Of a DNA stretch of 36,256 nt, positions 16,260 to 27,230 are shown one piece after another; position 1 is the stretch's first letter; each line of letters opens with the position of its first letter. The notes under the pieces were generated by a model. The model searched no databases. It saw nothing but the letters and a program-made list of their open reading frames with translations, and was not told where the DNA came from. The translations under genes and the position numbers were made by a program. Source of the DNA: Desulfobacteraceae bacterium (lineage in GTDB: Bacteria; Desulfobacterota; Desulfobacteria; Desulfobacterales; UBA11574). The stretch spans positions 1 through 36,256 of the forward strand of contig JAUWLP010000003.1 of assembly GCA_030613575.1 (NCBI GenBank). The letters are read 5' to 3'.

Positions 16260-18853
16260 CGTTCTGTTATAAAGTTAAATACGATCCGTTCACCTTCGAC
16301 ATCAGCCTCGATCTTGGTGCCTTCCGCAATATTCCCCTGCAGGATCTCCATGGAAAGCGGATTTTCGATATATTTTTGAATGGCTCTCTTTAACGGACGA
16401 GCACCATATATCTGATCAAATCCTTTTTCAGCAAGAAAAGAACGTGCATTCTCTGAAAGAACAAGCGCCAGGTTCATTTGAGCCAGTCTTGATCCCAGCC
16501 GTTTAACCTGGATGTCGACGATTTCACCGATCTGTTCCTGCGTTAGATTATCAAAAATTATGATCTCATCGATCCGGTTTAAAAATTCAGGCTTAAATTT
16601 CGCCCGAAGGGCTTCGGTAATTCTGGATTCCATTTCTTCGCGCCTTGATTCTCCGAGCTCCTGAATCCACCGGCTTCCCACGTTCGAAGTCATGATTATG
16701 ATAGTATTCTTAAAATCGACCGTCCTTCCGTGGCCGTCTGTCATACGGCCGTCATCTAAAATTTGAAGCAGCACATTAAAAACCTCGGGATGTGCTTTTT
16801 CGATTTCATCAAACAGCACTACGGAATAAGGCCTCCTCCGGACAGCCTCTGTAAGATATCCCCCTTCTTCATAACCCACGTACCCCGGAGGGGCTCCGAT
16901 CAACCTTGAAACAGCATGCTTTTCCATGTATTCCGACATGTCGATCCTGACTATGGCCTGTTCGCTGTCAAAAATAAATTCCGCCAGTGCCTTAGCCAGC
17001 TCGGTCTTACCGACACCTGTAGGACCCATAAAAATAAATGATCCGATGGGTCGGTTTGGATCCTGCAATCCTGAACGGGCCCGGCGAACCGCATTCGAGA
17101 CCGCTGAAATAGCCTCATTCTGCCCGATCATCCTATCCCCGAGACGATCCTCCATATGGATAAGTTTCTCTTTTTCGCCCTCAAGCATCCTGCTGACAGG
17201 GATGCCGGTCCATCCGGATATGACTTGGGCAATGTCTTCGGCATCGACATCCTCTTTAAGCATTTTTTTGTTTTTCTGCAGCCGGGCGAGTTTTTGATTG
17301 GTCTGGTTCAAGCTATTTCTGAGTTCTGCAGCTTTCCCGTATCTAATCTCCGCAACCTTTGCCAGATTCCCTTCTCTTTCAGCTTGTTGTTCTTCAATGC
17401 CGAGCTGCTCCTGCTGTTCTTTGATCTTTCTTATTGTCTGGATAAGATCCTTTTCATTCTGCCAGTGGGCTTTCATTTCAAGAATTGCATCCTTCAGGTT
17501 ATTTATATTCGCTTCAAGCCCGGCAAGACGCTCTTTGGATGCAGAATCAGATTCTTTTTTCAATGCTTCCCGTTCTATCTCAGCCTGGGTTATCTTTCGC
17601 TGGATCTCATCTATTTCCACAGGCATACTATCGATTTCGATCCTGAGTTTTGAAGCACATTCATCTATCAAGTCGATGGCCTTATCCGGAAGAAAGCGGT
17701 CGGAAATATAGCGGTGAGAAAGAGTCGCAGCGGCAACGATGGCCGAATCCTTGATCCGCACACCGTGATGTACTTCGTATTTTTCCTTTAGACCACGGAG
17801 GATAGATATTGTATCCTCCACCGTGGATTCAAGTACCATAACCGGTTGGAAGCGCCGTTCCAGAGCAGCGTCTTTTTCAATGTACTTACGGTATTCATTT
17901 AATGTGGTCGCTCCCACACATCGCAGTGTGCCCCTGGCAAGGGCCGGTTTTAACATATTTGAGGCATCCATGGCGCCTTCGCTGGCTCCGGCTCCCACAA
18001 GGGTGTGCAGCTCATCGATAAAAAGAATAACTTCTCCTTCTGCTTTCTCCACCTCTTTTAGAACCGCTTTCAGACGATCTTCAAATTCTCCTCTGTATTT
18101 GGCGCCGGCAATAAGCGCACCCATATCAAGGGCAACAAGCCGTCTGTTTTTAAGGCTTTCAGATACATCTCCGGAGACAATACGTTGGGCCAAACCCTCA
18201 ATAATAGCGGTTTTTCCCACACCCGGCTCTCCGATTAAAACAGGGTTGTTTTTTTTACGCCGGGAGAGTACCTGGACAATCCGCCGGATTTCATCATCAC
18301 GGCCGATAACGGGGTCGAGCTTTCCCAGACGGGCCAGATCGGTCAGATTCCGGCTGAACCTGTCAAGCGCCTGGTATTTTTCTTCCGGACTCGGATCGGT
18401 GATACGCTGAGTACCACGAATATCCAGGAGAACCTTTAAAATCGTTTCTCTTGAAATTCCCTTTTCCCTTAAAATTTCGGCAGCCTCTCCCTTCTTTTCA
18501 TCTGATATGGCAAGAAAGATGTGTTCAATGCTGACGTATTGATCTTTCATCTTGGCGGCCTCTGCAAAAGCAGCATCAAGAACCGTTTTTGTTCGGGGAG
18601 ATATGAAGGCATCTCCAACCGTACTCCCGCTTACTTTTGGAAATCTGTCAATTAATGCGTCAAGTTCGCGGGAAACATCATCAGAATAAACACCCAGTTT
18701 ATCCAGCATAGCCCTGGCGATTCCTTCCGGTTCATTGAGCATGGCAAGAAGTAGATGCTCCGGCTCGATCTGCTGGTTGTTATGTGCCGAAGCCATGGAT
18801 TGGGCATTCTGAATAAGTTCCTGTGATTTTATAGTAAATTTATCAAAACGCAT
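16256..18853 (-). CDS. clpB: ATP-dependent chaperone ClpB
   Basis: Two AAA+ modules ([16 protein letters not shown]), KYRGEFEDR, a long middle coiled coil and GAPPGYVGY. Confidence 0.97.
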   Translation of the reverse strand: MRFDKFTIKSQELIQNAQSMASAHNNQQIEPEHLLLAMLNEPEGIARAMLDKLGVYSDDVSRELDALIDRFPKVSGSTVGDAFISPRTKTVLDAAFAEAAKMKDQYVSIEHIFLAISDEKKGEAAEILREKGISRETILKVLLDIRGTQRITDPSPEEKYQALDRFSRNLTDLARLGKLDPVIGRDDEIRRIVQVLSRRKKNNPVLIGEPGVGKTAIIEGLAQRIVSGDVSESLKNRRLVALDMGALIAGAKYRGEFEDRLKAVLKEVEKAEGEVILFIDELHTLVGAGASEGAMDASNMLKPALARGTLRCVGATTLNEYRKYIEKDAALERRFQPVMVLESTVEDTISILRGLKEKYEVHHGVRIKDSAIVAAATLSHRYISDRFLPDKAIDLIDECASKLRIEIDSMPVEIDEIQRKITQAEIEREALKKESDSASKERLAGLEANINNLKDAILEMKAHWQNEKDLIQTIRKIKEQQEQLGIEEQQAEREGNLAKVAEIRYGKAAELRNSLNQTNQKLARLQKNKKMLKEDVDAEDIAQVISGWTGIPVSRMLEGEKEKLIHMEDRLGDRMIGQNEAISAVSNAVRRARSGLQDPNRPIGSFIFMGPTGVGKTELAKALAEFIFDSEQAIVRIDMSEYMEKHAVSRLIGAPPGYVGYEEGGYLTEAVRRRPYSVVLFDEIEKAHPEVFNVLLQILDDGRMTDGHGRTVDFKNTIIIMTSNVGSRWIQELGESRREEMESRITEALRAKFKPEFLNRIDEIIIFDNLTQEQIGEIVDIQVKRLGSRLAQMNLALVLSENARSFLAEKGFDQIYGARPLKRAIQKYIENPLSMEILQGNIAEGTKIEADVEGERIVFNFITER

Positions 18854-18899
18854 TACTTCCTCCTGTGGTTGTTATCGTCAGATGTTAAGAAAATAAACA

Positions 18900-18917
18900 T
18901 TGACGGTTTAATGTCAA
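18900..18917. promoter_or_regulatory. TTGAC-N8-GTCAA palindrome overlapping a TTGACA -35 upstream of clpB
   Basis: Plus strand TTGACGGTTTAATGTCAA; the minus strand begins TTGACA. Candidate operator. Confidence 0.35.
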
Positions 18918-19005
18918 ACCCTCAAAAGATATGAACTTTAGCGTATTATTTCAGCGCGTTGAAAATCTGGTTATCGAATGTTAAAATAATCTTATAAAAG
19001 ATCAC

Positions 19006-19034
19006 TTGACAACCTAAAAACTTAGTTCTAAAAT
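19006..19034 (+). promoter_or_regulatory. sigma70 promoter of the thi operon
   Basis: TTGACA-17 bp-TAAAAT immediately before the riboswitch. Confidence 0.8.
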
Positions 19035-19042
19035 AATATCGT

Positions 19043-19131
19043 CTCGTTAGGGGTGTTGATATCATCTGAGAGTCCGGGAAAGGACAACCCTTAACCACCT
19101 GATCAGGGTAATACCTGCGAAGGGAAACGGG
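19043..19131 (+). ncRNA. TPP riboswitch (THI box)
   Basis: GGGGTG...CTGAGA...ACCC...ACCTGATCAGGGTAATACCTGCGAAGGGA consensus with P1 CTCGTT/AACGGG, upstream of thiC. Confidence 0.95.
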
Positions 19132-19155
19132 CCTGCGATTCGGATTTGATTGTCC

Positions 19156-19192
19156 ATGCCGTTTTCCTGTTCGGGGAAACGGTATTTTTTTT
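19156..19192 (+). terminator. Riboswitch expression-platform terminator
   Basis: ATGCCGTTTTCC/GGGAAACGGTAT stem followed by a T-tract. The aptamer 3' strand GGGAAACGG can pair with the 5' arm as an antiterminator. Confidence 0.85.
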
Positions 19193-19299
19193 GAAATACC
19201 ATTTGTTTATTTATAGCAGGCGGAGTTTGCTGGATCGGCCCCAAACCGCACCGTCAGATTCCATAAAATGGAAAAAAACGCAATTAACGGAGGTATAAA

Positions 19300-20577
19300 A
19301 TGACACAGATTGAAGCGGCCCGAAGCAATCAGATTACAGAGGCCATGCATCAGGTTGCCCAAAAAGAGGGCCTTACCGCTGAACAGGTGCGTGAAAAAGT
19401 AGCCGCCGGCGTGGTGGTGATTCCCAAAAACCGCAACCGGAATTTCGAAGCGCGCGGCATCGGCCAGGGCTTGAAAACCAAGGTGAATGCCAACATCGGC
19501 ACTTCCCCGAGCCACCATGATCTGAAAGAAGAACTGGCCAAGCTCGACACTGCTGTTGCAGCCGGTATTGACGCGGTAATGGATCTTTCCACCGGTGGCA
19601 ACCTCGATCTCATATTGGAGACCATATTGAAACGATCCCCGGTCATGGTCGGCACCGTTCCGATCTATAAAGTCGTCAGCAAGTTGATGGCAAATAACAA
19701 AACTCTCCCGCAGATGACCGCGGACGACCTTATGGAGGAAATTGAGATGCAAGCCGAGCTGGGAGTTGATTTCATAACGGTGCATTGCGGTATTACCCGA
19801 CAAAGCTTAAGCGCCCTTAAGGGGTGCAATCGGATTATGGGCATGGTGTCGCGCGGCGGCAGCTTTATCGCCGAGTGGATAACCGTCAATAAAAAGGAAA
19901 ACCCCCTGTTTTCCCAATATGATCGTCTGTTGGAAATCTGTCGGCAACACGATGTTACCCTGTCTTTGGGGGATGGACTTCGCCCCGGGGCAATCCATGA
20001 TGCCGAAGATCGTGCCCAAATTTCAGAGCTTTTAATTATGGGCGAGCTGACGCGCCGCGCCCGCAAGGCCGGTGTCCAGGTGATGATCGAAGGTCCCGGC
20101 CATGTTCCGCTGGGACGTATCGCCGGGGATGTACAATTACAAAAGCGCCTTTGTGACAACGCTCCTTATTACGTGCTGGGGCCTTTGCCCACCGACATTG
20201 CCCCGGGCTACGATCATCTGGTAGGTGCCATCGGCGGAGCCGTGGCCGCTGCCAGCGGTGTGGATTTCTTATGTTATCTGACACCTGCCGAACACTTGCA
20301 TCTGCCCACGGTCCAGGATGTCCATGACGGGGTCATTGCCACGCGGATTGCGGCCCATATCGGCGATCTGGAAAAGGGGCTGCCCGGGGCCGAGGACTGG
20401 GATCGGAAGATGTCCCTGGCGCGACGGGAATTCGACTGGGAAACCATGTATAACCAGGCCATCGACCCGGAATTGGCCCGCAAGCGACGTATGCAGACCG
20501 AAGATCATGATCGGGATGTCTGCACCATGTGCGGTGACCTTTGCGCGATTAAAACCTTTGATCGTATTATGCTTTAA
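19300..20577 (+). CDS. thiC: Phosphomethylpyrimidine synthase
   Basis: KVNANIGTS, MDLSTGG, SRGGS, EGPGHVP and C-terminal CTMCGDLC. Confidence 0.96.
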   Translation: MTQIEAARSNQITEAMHQVAQKEGLTAEQVREKVAAGVVVIPKNRNRNFEARGIGQGLKTKVNANIGTSPSHHDLKEELAKLDTAVAAGIDAVMDLSTGGNLDLILETILKRSPVMVGTVPIYKVVSKLMANNKTLPQMTADDLMEEIEMQAELGVDFITVHCGITRQSLSALKGCNRIMGMVSRGGSFIAEWITVNKKENPLFSQYDRLLEICRQHDVTLSLGDGLRPGAIHDAEDRAQISELLIMGELTRRARKAGVQVMIEGPGHVPLGRIAGDVQLQKRLCDNAPYYVLGPLPTDIAPGYDHLVGAIGGAVAAASGVDFLCYLTPAEHLHLPTVQDVHDGVIATRIAAHIGDLEKGLPGAEDWDRKMSLARREFDWETMYNQAIDPELARKRRMQTEDHDRDVCTMCGDLCAIKTFDRIML

Positions 20578-20656
20578 CGAACTTGGGAGCCTTGTTTGGT
20601 CTTGCAAGGGAGCCGCCCCAAAGCCGCACCATCCGGGAGCGACATGAAAGGATCGG

Positions 20657-21421
20657 ATGAAAGATTTGACCGCAATCCAGAAGATTCGGTATTCGCGCAA
20701 CATCCTGGTGCCGGAAATCGGCATGACCGGACAGCAAAAGCTTTTAAGGGGCCGGGTTCTGGTGGTGGGCGCCGGAGGATTGGGAAGTCCTGCTTTGTTT
20801 TACCTGGCTTGCGCCGGCGTGGGAACTATCGGTATTGTGGATGGGGATCGAGTCGAATTATCCAACCTGCAGCGCCAGATTTTATATACATCGGAGGATC
20901 TGGACGATTTGAAGACCCATTCGGCCCAAGAAAAATTGCATCGCCTGAACCCGGATGTTTGCATTGAACCGTACAACGAGCCGTTTACTGCAAAAAACGG
21001 CCCGGCGCTGGTAAGCCGGTATGACTTTGTGATCGAGGCCACGGACAATTTCGAAGCCAAGTTTCTGGTCAACGACATTTGCATTCATGCCAGGGTTCCC
21101 TTTTGCCATGCCGGCATCTTGGGAATGTTCGGCCAGGTCATGACCATCGTGCCCGGCCAATGCGCCTGTTACCGCTGCGTGTTCGGTCACATTCCCGAAC
21201 CGGATCAGGTATCCTCCACCGACCAAGTCGGGGTTTTGGGGGTGGTGCCCGGCGCACTGGGGAGCATACAGGCCGCCGAAGCCGTCAAATTCTTGACCGG
21301 CAGCGGAAAACTGCTGCTTGGGCGGCTGTTGACCTACGACGCCCTGAATTTGATATTTCGGGAAATCGAACTGCCGCCGCCATGTTGCGAGGTATGCCGG
21401 GCAGCAAAACTCATACAATAA
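20657..21421 (+). CDS. thiF: ThiS adenylyltransferase (ThiF/MoeB family)
   Basis: RYSRN, GAGGLG, SNLQRQ, CYRC and C-terminal CEVC. Confidence 0.92.
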   Translation: MKDLTAIQKIRYSRNILVPEIGMTGQQKLLRGRVLVVGAGGLGSPALFYLACAGVGTIGIVDGDRVELSNLQRQILYTSEDLDDLKTHSAQEKLHRLNPDVCIEPYNEPFTAKNGPALVSRYDFVIEATDNFEAKFLVNDICIHARVPFCHAGILGMFGQVMTIVPGQCACYRCVFGHIPEPDQVSSTDQVGVLGVVPGALGSIQAAEAVKFLTGSGKLLLGRLLTYDALNLIFREIELPPPCCEVCRAAKLIQ

Positions 21422-21435
21422 AAAAGGAGATGACC

Positions 21436-22224
21436 ATGACCCAATTACCTCCGCTGATTATTGCGGATCGAACCTTTGGTTCCCGCCTGCTGATCGGGAC
21501 CGGCAAGTTTGCCTCCACCCGGATCATGCAGCAGGCTATTGCGGCCTCGGGCGCCGAGATTGTCACCGTGGCTCTGCGCCGTGTCGATTTGAGCGATCCC
21601 CAGGACAACCTCATGGAAGCCGTTGATAGAGATCGCTACCTGTTTTTGCCCAACACCAGCGGCGCCAGGGATGCGGAGGAAGCCATGCGTCTGGCACGGA
21701 TTGCCCGGGCAGCGGGATGCGAGCCGTGGGTCAAGCTGGAAGTCACGCCCGATCCCCATTATTTATTGCCCGATCCGGTGGAAACTCTAAAGGCGGCCGA
21801 AATTCTGGTCAAAGAAGGATTTAAGGTACTTCCTTATATTAATGCGGACCCGGTCCTTGCCAAGCGGCTGGAAGAGGTGGGGACGGTTACGGTGATGCCC
21901 CTGGGAGCCCCTATCGGAACCAATCGAGGTTTGAAAACACGCGATGCGATTCAGATCATTATCCAACAGGCACAGGTGCCGGTGGTGGTGGATGCCGGCC
22001 TGGGAGCGCCTTCCCATGCCGCCGAAGCCATGGAGATGGGCGCTGATGCCGTTTTAATCAACACCGCCATTGCTACGGCCGGCGATCCGGTGGGCATGGC
22101 AAAAGCCTTCCGGCTGGGTGTGGAAGCCGGGCATGGTGCGTACATAGCAGGTCTGGGCCGACATTCTTGGGAAGCGGAAGCCAGCTCTCCTTTGACCGGA
22201 TTTTTAAGGAGCAACCACGTATGA
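21436..22224 (+). CDS. thiG: Thiazole synthase
   Basis: [21 protein letters not shown] and MPLGAPIG. Start reassigned to ATG 21436 after AGGAG. Confidence 0.95.
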   Translation: MTQLPPLIIADRTFGSRLLIGTGKFASTRIMQQAIAASGAEIVTVALRRVDLSDPQDNLMEAVDRDRYLFLPNTSGARDAEEAMRLARIARAAGCEPWVKLEVTPDPHYLLPDPVETLKAAEILVKEGFKVLPYINADPVLAKRLEEVGTVTVMPLGAPIGTNRGLKTRDAIQIIIQQAQVPVVVDAGLGAPSHAAEAMEMGADAVLINTAIATAGDPVGMAKAFRLGVEAGHGAYIAGLGRHSWEAEASSPLTGFLRSNHV

Positions 22225-23345
22225 GTTTCTGGCAAAAAATCATTCAATACCGATGGGATCAGATCGAAGCCGCTATTTCCCGCAAGACGGCCCAAGACGT
22301 TCGGCAGGCCTTGAGGGCGCCTACTCGAAACTTTGACGATCTGCTGGCGCTGCTCGCTCCGGTTGCGGCCGACTTTCTGGAAGAAATGGCTCTGGCGGCC
22401 CATCGACTGACGGTTCAGCGCTTCGGCCGGACCATCCAAATGTTCGCCCCTGTTTATATATCCAGTGAATGTACCAATTCCTGTGTATACTGCGGGTTCA
22501 ACCGCCACAATCAAATATCACGCGCCACCCTAAGCGTAGAGGAAGTGGAGAAGGAAGTGATATTTTTGCACCGACAGGGATTTCGTCACGTGCTTTTGCT
22601 GACCGGCGAGTCGCCGCACCACGCACCGGTGGAGTACTTGATCCGCATCGCCCGGAAATTGCAACCGCTTTTAGCGTCCATATCCGTTGAAATCTACCCG
22701 CTGACAACGAACGACTACCGCCGCCTGATCGAAAACGGCGTGGACGGATTGACCGTTTACCAGGAAACCTACCATTTAAAACGGTATGCCGAGGTCCATC
22801 CAGCCGGTCCCAAGCGTAACTACCACTGGCGCCTGGAAACCCCGGATCGCGGGGGTCAGGCCGGATTCCGTCGCCTAAATATCGGCGTTCTATTAGGATT
22901 GTCCGACTGGCGCGTGGACGGCGCCTTCGTGGGGTTACACGCAGCCTATCTGGTGCGCCGTTACTGGCAAAGCCACGTGTCGGTCTCCTTTCCACGCCTG
23001 CGGCCTGCGGCCGGAGGATTTCAACCCCAATTTCCCGTAAACGACGCCCATATGCTGCAGCTCATGTGCGCGCTGAGACTCTGGCTGCCCGATGCAGGGC
23101 TGGTGCTGTCCACACGCGAACCCGCCAGCCTTCGCGAGAATCTGCTGCCCTTGGGGATTACCCAAATGAGCGCGGGCAGCAAAACCGCACCGGGCGGTTA
23201 TGTGGCTAAAGAAAACGTAGAGGGCCAGTTTGAGATCAGCGACCTTCGCAGTCCGCAAGAAGTGGTCAGCATGATCGCCGCCCACGGCTACGAGCCTGTC
23301 TGGAAGGATTGGGATGCTAGTTTCTTGAATGCCGCACAGCCTTGA
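22221..23345 (+). CDS. thiH: 2-iminoacetate synthase (radical SAM)
   Basis: [20 protein letters not shown] and QFEISDLRS. Start at ATG 22221 overlapping the thiG stop. Confidence 0.95.
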   Translation: MSFWQKIIQYRWDQIEAAISRKTAQDVRQALRAPTRNFDDLLALLAPVAADFLEEMALAAHRLTVQRFGRTIQMFAPVYISSECTNSCVYCGFNRHNQISRATLSVEEVEKEVIFLHRQGFRHVLLLTGESPHHAPVEYLIRIARKLQPLLASISVEIYPLTTNDYRRLIENGVDGLTVYQETYHLKRYAEVHPAGPKRNYHWRLETPDRGGQAGFRRLNIGVLLGLSDWRVDGAFVGLHAAYLVRRYWQSHVSVSFPRLRPAAGGFQPQFPVNDAHMLQLMCALRLWLPDAGLVLSTREPASLRENLLPLGITQMSAGSKTAPGGYVAKENVEGQFEISDLRSPQEVVSMIAAHGYEPVWKDWDASFLNAAQP

Positions 23346-23430
23346 CTGACAGCGCTTTCTTGTGTTGGTAGCGCCAGGCGGTTTTTTTGCGATAATCCGG
23401 CAAATCGACAGTATGCAAAAGGAGCCATTT

Positions 23431-23637
23431 TTGTCGATTCATATCACACTCAACGGTAAACCTCACGCGGTTGAACAGCGCATGGATATCTTATCGTTGC
23501 TGGAAACATTGAAGGTACCTCCGGCCAGTGTTGTGGTGGAACGAAACCGAAATATTTTACAACGGGAAATGTTTGATCGCGTTATTTTAAAAGACGGTGA
23601 TGAACTGGAGCTCATTCGATTTGTAGGGGGCGGATGA
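23431..23637 (+). CDS. thiS: Sulfur carrier ThiS
   Basis: ITLNGK...VVVERN...C-terminal FVGGG; TTG start after AAGGAG. Confidence 0.92.
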   Translation: MSIHITLNGKPHAVEQRMDILSLLETLKVPPASVVVERNRNILQREMFDRVILKDGDELELIRFVGGG

Positions 23638-24296
23638 ATCGTAAAGAACGGTTGATAAAATTAAAATCCATCGATATTTATCCGGTTACCTGCCAAGAGC
23701 TTTCAGAAGGCCGAACCAACCTGGAAGTATTGGCGGCGGTCCTGGCAGGCGGCGCTAAAATTATTCAGCTGAGGGAAAAGCATTGGGACAAGAAGGATCT
23801 TTATGAACTGGCCATCGAATTTCGCAAACTCACCCGCAGCCACGGTGCGCTTTTGATTATCAACGATCATGTGGACGTGGCCCTGGCTGCAGGAGCCGAC
23901 GGGGTCCATCTGGGTCAGGAAGATCTGCCCGTCGGGGCGGCACGAAAAATCGCCCCGGAACTGATTATAGGCGCTTCCAGCCACAGTCTGAAAGAGGCCC
24001 TAAAAGCCGAGCAAGACGGCGCCGATTACGTTAACATCGGTCCTGTTTTCCCCACTAAGACCAAACCAGATACGGGTCGTTTTCTGGGACCTGGAGCCAT
24101 CAGCGAAATCGGGTCGCAGCTTACCGTGCCCTTTACCACCATGGGCGGTATCAATCCGGACAATATCGGCCGGGTTCTGAAAGCGGGCGCGCGCCGCGTG
24201 GCCATGATCACCGGCATAACGCGTGCCGCGGATATCGCGGCAAGGGTGCGCCAGCTCCGCAAAACCATCACCGATTATTATGACCGTTTCCATTAG
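23634..24296 (+). CDS. thiE: Thiamine-phosphate synthase
   Basis: IQLREK, IINDHVD, GVHLGQED and GPVFPTKTK. Confidence 0.95.
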   Translation: MNRKERLIKLKSIDIYPVTCQELSEGRTNLEVLAAVLAGGAKIIQLREKHWDKKDLYELAIEFRKLTRSHGALLIINDHVDVALAAGADGVHLGQEDLPVGAARKIAPELIIGASSHSLKEALKAEQDGADYVNIGPVFPTKTKPDTGRFLGPGAISEIGSQLTVPFTTMGGINPDNIGRVLKAGARRVAMITGITRAADIAARVRQLRKTITDYYDRFH

Positions 24297-24391
24297 CCGA
24301 TTTGGAAATTCTATCCCACTGTAAGCGGGAAAGATAAAGGGATTTGCTTAAGGCTTAAATTTTTTCTTAGGGACTGGAATATTGGAGTGGT

Positions 24392-24419
24392 GGAAGGGCG
24401 GCGCAGAAGCCGCCCTTCC
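24392..24419. terminator. GC-rich hairpin between convergent thiE and PilZ genes
   Basis: Perfect 11-bp stem GGAAGGGCGGC/GCCGCCCTTCC with a 6-nt loop; no T-tract. Confidence 0.6.
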
Positions 24420-24476
24420 GGGCGCTAAAGATGTAGCCTCCTTGGCACATAAGAAAGGAAAAACCATAATAGCCCG

Positions 24477-24782
24477 TTAATAATATTTGACGCCAATGCC
24501 AAAACGAGAAGCGTCTTCGCTGCTCATTTCCTTCCACCATCTTACTTCAGCGAGGGATGCGGTTCGCAGCCCATTGCAGAGTTCTGGTTCAGAAGTATCA
24601 AAAGAACAGGTTTTCACCTTGAAGAAAATATTCGTCCCTTCTTTGAAAAATGAATCAGACTCAAAATACATGCCGCCTTCACCGCAGTTAAGCATTGTGG
24701 CATTAACGGTTTTATCTTTATTAAAACAGTTGCACATAACGGATGCTTCGCATTTATGGCGTTTATCGGCTCTTTTTTTCAT
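24477..24782 (-). CDS. Stand-alone PilZ-domain protein
   Basis: RADKR (RxxxR), NCGEGG (D/NxS/GxxG-like) and C-terminal GIGVKY; GGAGG RBS. Confidence 0.75.
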   Translation of the reverse strand: MKKRADKRHKCEASVMCNCFNKDKTVNATMLNCGEGGMYFESDSFFKEGTNIFFKVKTCSFDTSEPELCNGLRTASLAEVRWWKEMSSEDASRFGIGVKYY

Positions 24783-24787
24783 AGGGT

Positions 24788-25149
24788 ATAGAACCTCCTA
24801 ATTTTGCGGCGGATTCGTGGTTTAATCCATAGGTTGTTCCTACTTGCCCGATTTAAGGTACGGTCATATTAAGGATATTGTTGTAAGTCCCGAAGCAGTT
24901 TAAACAAGTCTGGTCATTTTGGGGATCTTCTTTCCAGTGCCCGTCAACAAGAAATTTATACTCGTAGCTTCCGGGAGGTAGAATCACAGCCTTATTCCAC
25001 ACCCCATTCCCATCCTTTTTCATGAGATGTTTTTTGGGATTCCAATTATTAAAATCTCCCATCAAAATGACCTCTTGAGCACCTGATAAATCAATGGAAA
25101 ATGTTACTTTTTTCCGCTTGATTTTCTTTTTTGATTTGACCTTTGCCAT
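24788..25149 (-). repeat. ~360-bp duplication (CBM48 gene plus downstream spacer/RBS), partner at 33353-33713
   Basis: Near-identical sequence from ATAGAACCTCCT through the start codon in both copies. Confidence 0.9.
24853..25149 (-). CDS. Glycogen-binding CBM48/AMPK-beta-like protein, copy A
   Basis: GDFNNW, LPPGSYEYKFLVDGHW..DP...N.FG..NN; ATG 25149 after GAGGAGG. Confidence 0.88.
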   Translation of the reverse strand: MAKVKSKKKIKRKKVTFSIDLSGAQEVILMGDFNNWNPKKHLMKKDGNGVWNKAVILPPGSYEYKFLVDGHWKEDPQNDQTCLNCFGTYNNILNMTVP

Positions 25150-25217
25150 GCAATACCTCCTCATGTAAAATTGCTTCGAGATTTTGTGTCATGTTCAATA
25201 AAATAAGCTAATATCAA

Positions 25218-25356
25218 ATTATATTTCAATCTGTCCATAGAGTAGTAGCTTCATTTTGATGGTGAGAACTCCTATGGGGCGGGGATTTATCCCGCGCAAT
25301 CGGGAGAAAAACTGATAAGATAAGTTTTTGTGGGCAGGCTTATTTTTTCCACGGAT
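25218..25356 (-). promoter_or_regulatory. Repeated promoter cassette, copy 1
   Basis: TGTCCATAGAG...GGGATTTATCCC...CAATCGGGAGAAAAACTGATAAGATA...CAGGCTTATT; minus-strand TATAAT at 25218-25223. Confidence 0.8.
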
Positions 25357-25439
25357 TAAGCCAATCAACAAGGTGGATTTCCGGCTTATAAGTGTGATTA
25401 TCTATTGCTGTGTTTATCTTATACTACAATGTTGAGTGG

Positions 25440-25736
25440 CTATTCCGTAAATCCATAATGAAACATTTCGTATTCGGTTTTTCCCCCAAGCAAAGCATCC
25501 ATCTTATCTTGAGTTTCCTGTCTTTCCTTACTTAACAACCATTTTTCCCAGTATTCAGAGGACTTCCAGGTACTGATAACTAAAAACGTATCGGGTTTGT
25601 CGAGGCTTTTTAAGGTTTCACCAGAGATATAGCCTGACTGGTTTGTAGCAAGGACTCTCATTTGTCTAAATAGGGGTATCATTTCCTTTGCCTTGTTTTC
25701 CGGTACAATCCGTTTAATTAGAATTTTAACAGCCAT
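25440..25736 (-). CDS. Antibiotic biosynthesis monooxygenase (ABM) family protein
   Basis: ATNQSGYISGETL...FLVISTWKS.E.WEKW..S.ER pattern. Confidence 0.85.
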   Translation of the reverse strand: MAVKILIKRIVPENKAKEMIPLFRQMRVLATNQSGYISGETLKSLDKPDTFLVISTWKSSEYWEKWLLSKERQETQDKMDALLGGKTEYEMFHYGFTE

Positions 25737-25801
25737 TTTGTTCTCCTTTCATATAGCAGATTGATTTGGTTTTTATGTTTAAGCAAGATTCCTTATGGTA
25801 G

Positions 25802-26989
25802 TTATTCCTGATACACATGTGTCCTCGTTACCGGCAACGTATTGTCCAATCCTTTGGAGAAAAGAATCTGAAACAGGCGTAAATCGCCGTACATAAATCC
25901 TGCTGCCGTACTGTTTAAAAACAGACGCCATTGCCTCACAAATGCTCCATCAAACAATTTCCTTATTTTCTCTATATTTCCTTCGAAATTTTCTGCCCAT
26001 TTTTCGAGAGTTTTGGCATAGTGCAGCCGCAAATTTTCTACATCCAGGATGGAAAAACCGGTTTTTCCCATTTCTTGTACAATTTCGTGAAGAGTCGGAA
26101 TATAAGCCCCGGGAAAGATATAACTAAATGTCCAGGGATCGTCGATAGACGGGGTGTCTTTCCCAATTGTATGCAGCAGACCCAACCCGCTGGTTTTTAA
26201 CAAATCCGAAACTTTTTGAATAAAAGTAGGGATGAATCTTTTCCCTACGTGTTCCATCATACCTATGGAAACTATTTTATCAAATTTATCATCTAACTCT
26301 CTGTAATCCTGATACAAAACCTTAAGCTGATTTTGAAGCCCCAATTCTTTGATTTTACGATTGGCGTATTGGAACTGATTTTTCGATAGCGTAATTCCAA
26401 CTCCGGTTATGCCATATTTTCGGGCTGCATAGATAAGCATTCCGCCCCAGCCGCAACCAATGTCGAGAAGGGATTCATTCGGCTTGAGTAAAAGTTTGCG
26501 GGCAATATGTTCGTATTTGTTCAATTGTGCCTGTTCCAGAGAATCATCCGGCTTTACAAAATACGCACAGGAGTAAGTCATGGTCTTATCAAGATAGAGT
26601 GCATAAAATTCATCGCCCTTGTCGTAATGGTAAGAAATGTTTTTTTGGGCTTGTCGCAGGGTGTCGCTGTTTAGCAGCGAAAGGATAAGAAGTCGAAATT
26701 TTTGCCAGAAAGATAACCGGTACTCGTCAAAATCAATGGAGAATCCCAGACGAAAAAGTTTTAGAAGATCGTTCTCTATTTCCAGATCTCCCTTCACATA
26801 GGATTCTCCAAACCCTAAAAATCCTTTTCTGATGATTTTTCTGGCACAACTTTTGGTTTTCAGGCGTAATGTTACCTGTGGAAAGTTTCCGAAGCGTATG
26901 GCATCACCATCCCAGAATTCTATGGCAAAGCATGCCCTTGGGTCAGATTGATGCATCATTTGGGCGATATTTTTGATAACCTTTTTCAT
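25802..26989 (-). CDS. cfa: Cyclopropane-fatty-acyl-phospholipid synthase family methyltransferase
   Basis: HYD.G.EFY, MTYSCAYF, LDIGCGWGG, SIGMMEHVG and YIFPG. Confidence 0.92.
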   Translation of the reverse strand: MKKVIKNIAQMMHQSDPRACFAIEFWDGDAIRFGNFPQVTLRLKTKSCARKIIRKGFLGFGESYVKGDLEIENDLLKLFRLGFSIDFDEYRLSFWQKFRLLILSLLNSDTLRQAQKNISYHYDKGDEFYALYLDKTMTYSCAYFVKPDDSLEQAQLNKYEHIARKLLLKPNESLLDIGCGWGGMLIYAARKYGITGVGITLSKNQFQYANRKIKELGLQNQLKVLYQDYRELDDKFDKIVSIGMMEHVGKRFIPTFIQKVSDLLKTSGLGLLHTIGKDTPSIDDPWTFSYIFPGAYIPTLHEIVQEMGKTGFSILDVENLRLHYAKTLEKWAENFEGNIEKIRKLFDGAFVRQWRLFLNSTAAGFMYGDLRLFQILFSKGLDNTLPVTRTHVYQE

Positions 26990-27068
26990 ATGGCATAAAA
27001 AGGTTGTGATTAAAAGACTTGTGATTTCGTCAGGTTGTGGAATTTCCGAAACATTTAATTAATACCAG

Positions 27069-27230
27069 AATATAATTCATTTTGTCCATAGAGGCAATTC
27101 TTTATTTTGATGGTGTCAACCCCTATGGGGGCGGGAATTTATCCCGCGCAATCGGGAGAAAAACTGATAAAATAGATTTTTGTAGACAGGCTTATTCTTT
27201 CCACAGATCCACGTCGATAATTCCTAACCT
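27069..27230 (-). promoter_or_regulatory. Repeated promoter cassette, copy 2 (contiguous with the NarL gene 3' end)
   Basis: Same conserved blocks; -10 TATATT at 27069-27074; overlaps the last codons of the response regulator. Confidence 0.8.

Noticed and set aside
16926-18410. Long plus-strand ORFs (123-195 aa) inside clpB
   Set aside because: Typical antisense shadows of a conserved gene, with no motifs.
21079-21435. Apparent 119-aa N-terminal extension of ThiG (likewise the extensions of ThiH, ThiS and the NarL regulator)
   Set aside because: They overlap the upstream genes or lack an RBS; proper RBS/start pairs exist at 21436, 22221, 23431 and 27869.
24790-24852. Possible c-di-GMP riboswitch in the duplicated spacer before PilZ and GT5
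   Set aside because: Only two small hairpins; no GEMM GGCAAA/GNRA/GCAAAGC features. Similarity between copies is explained by recent duplication.
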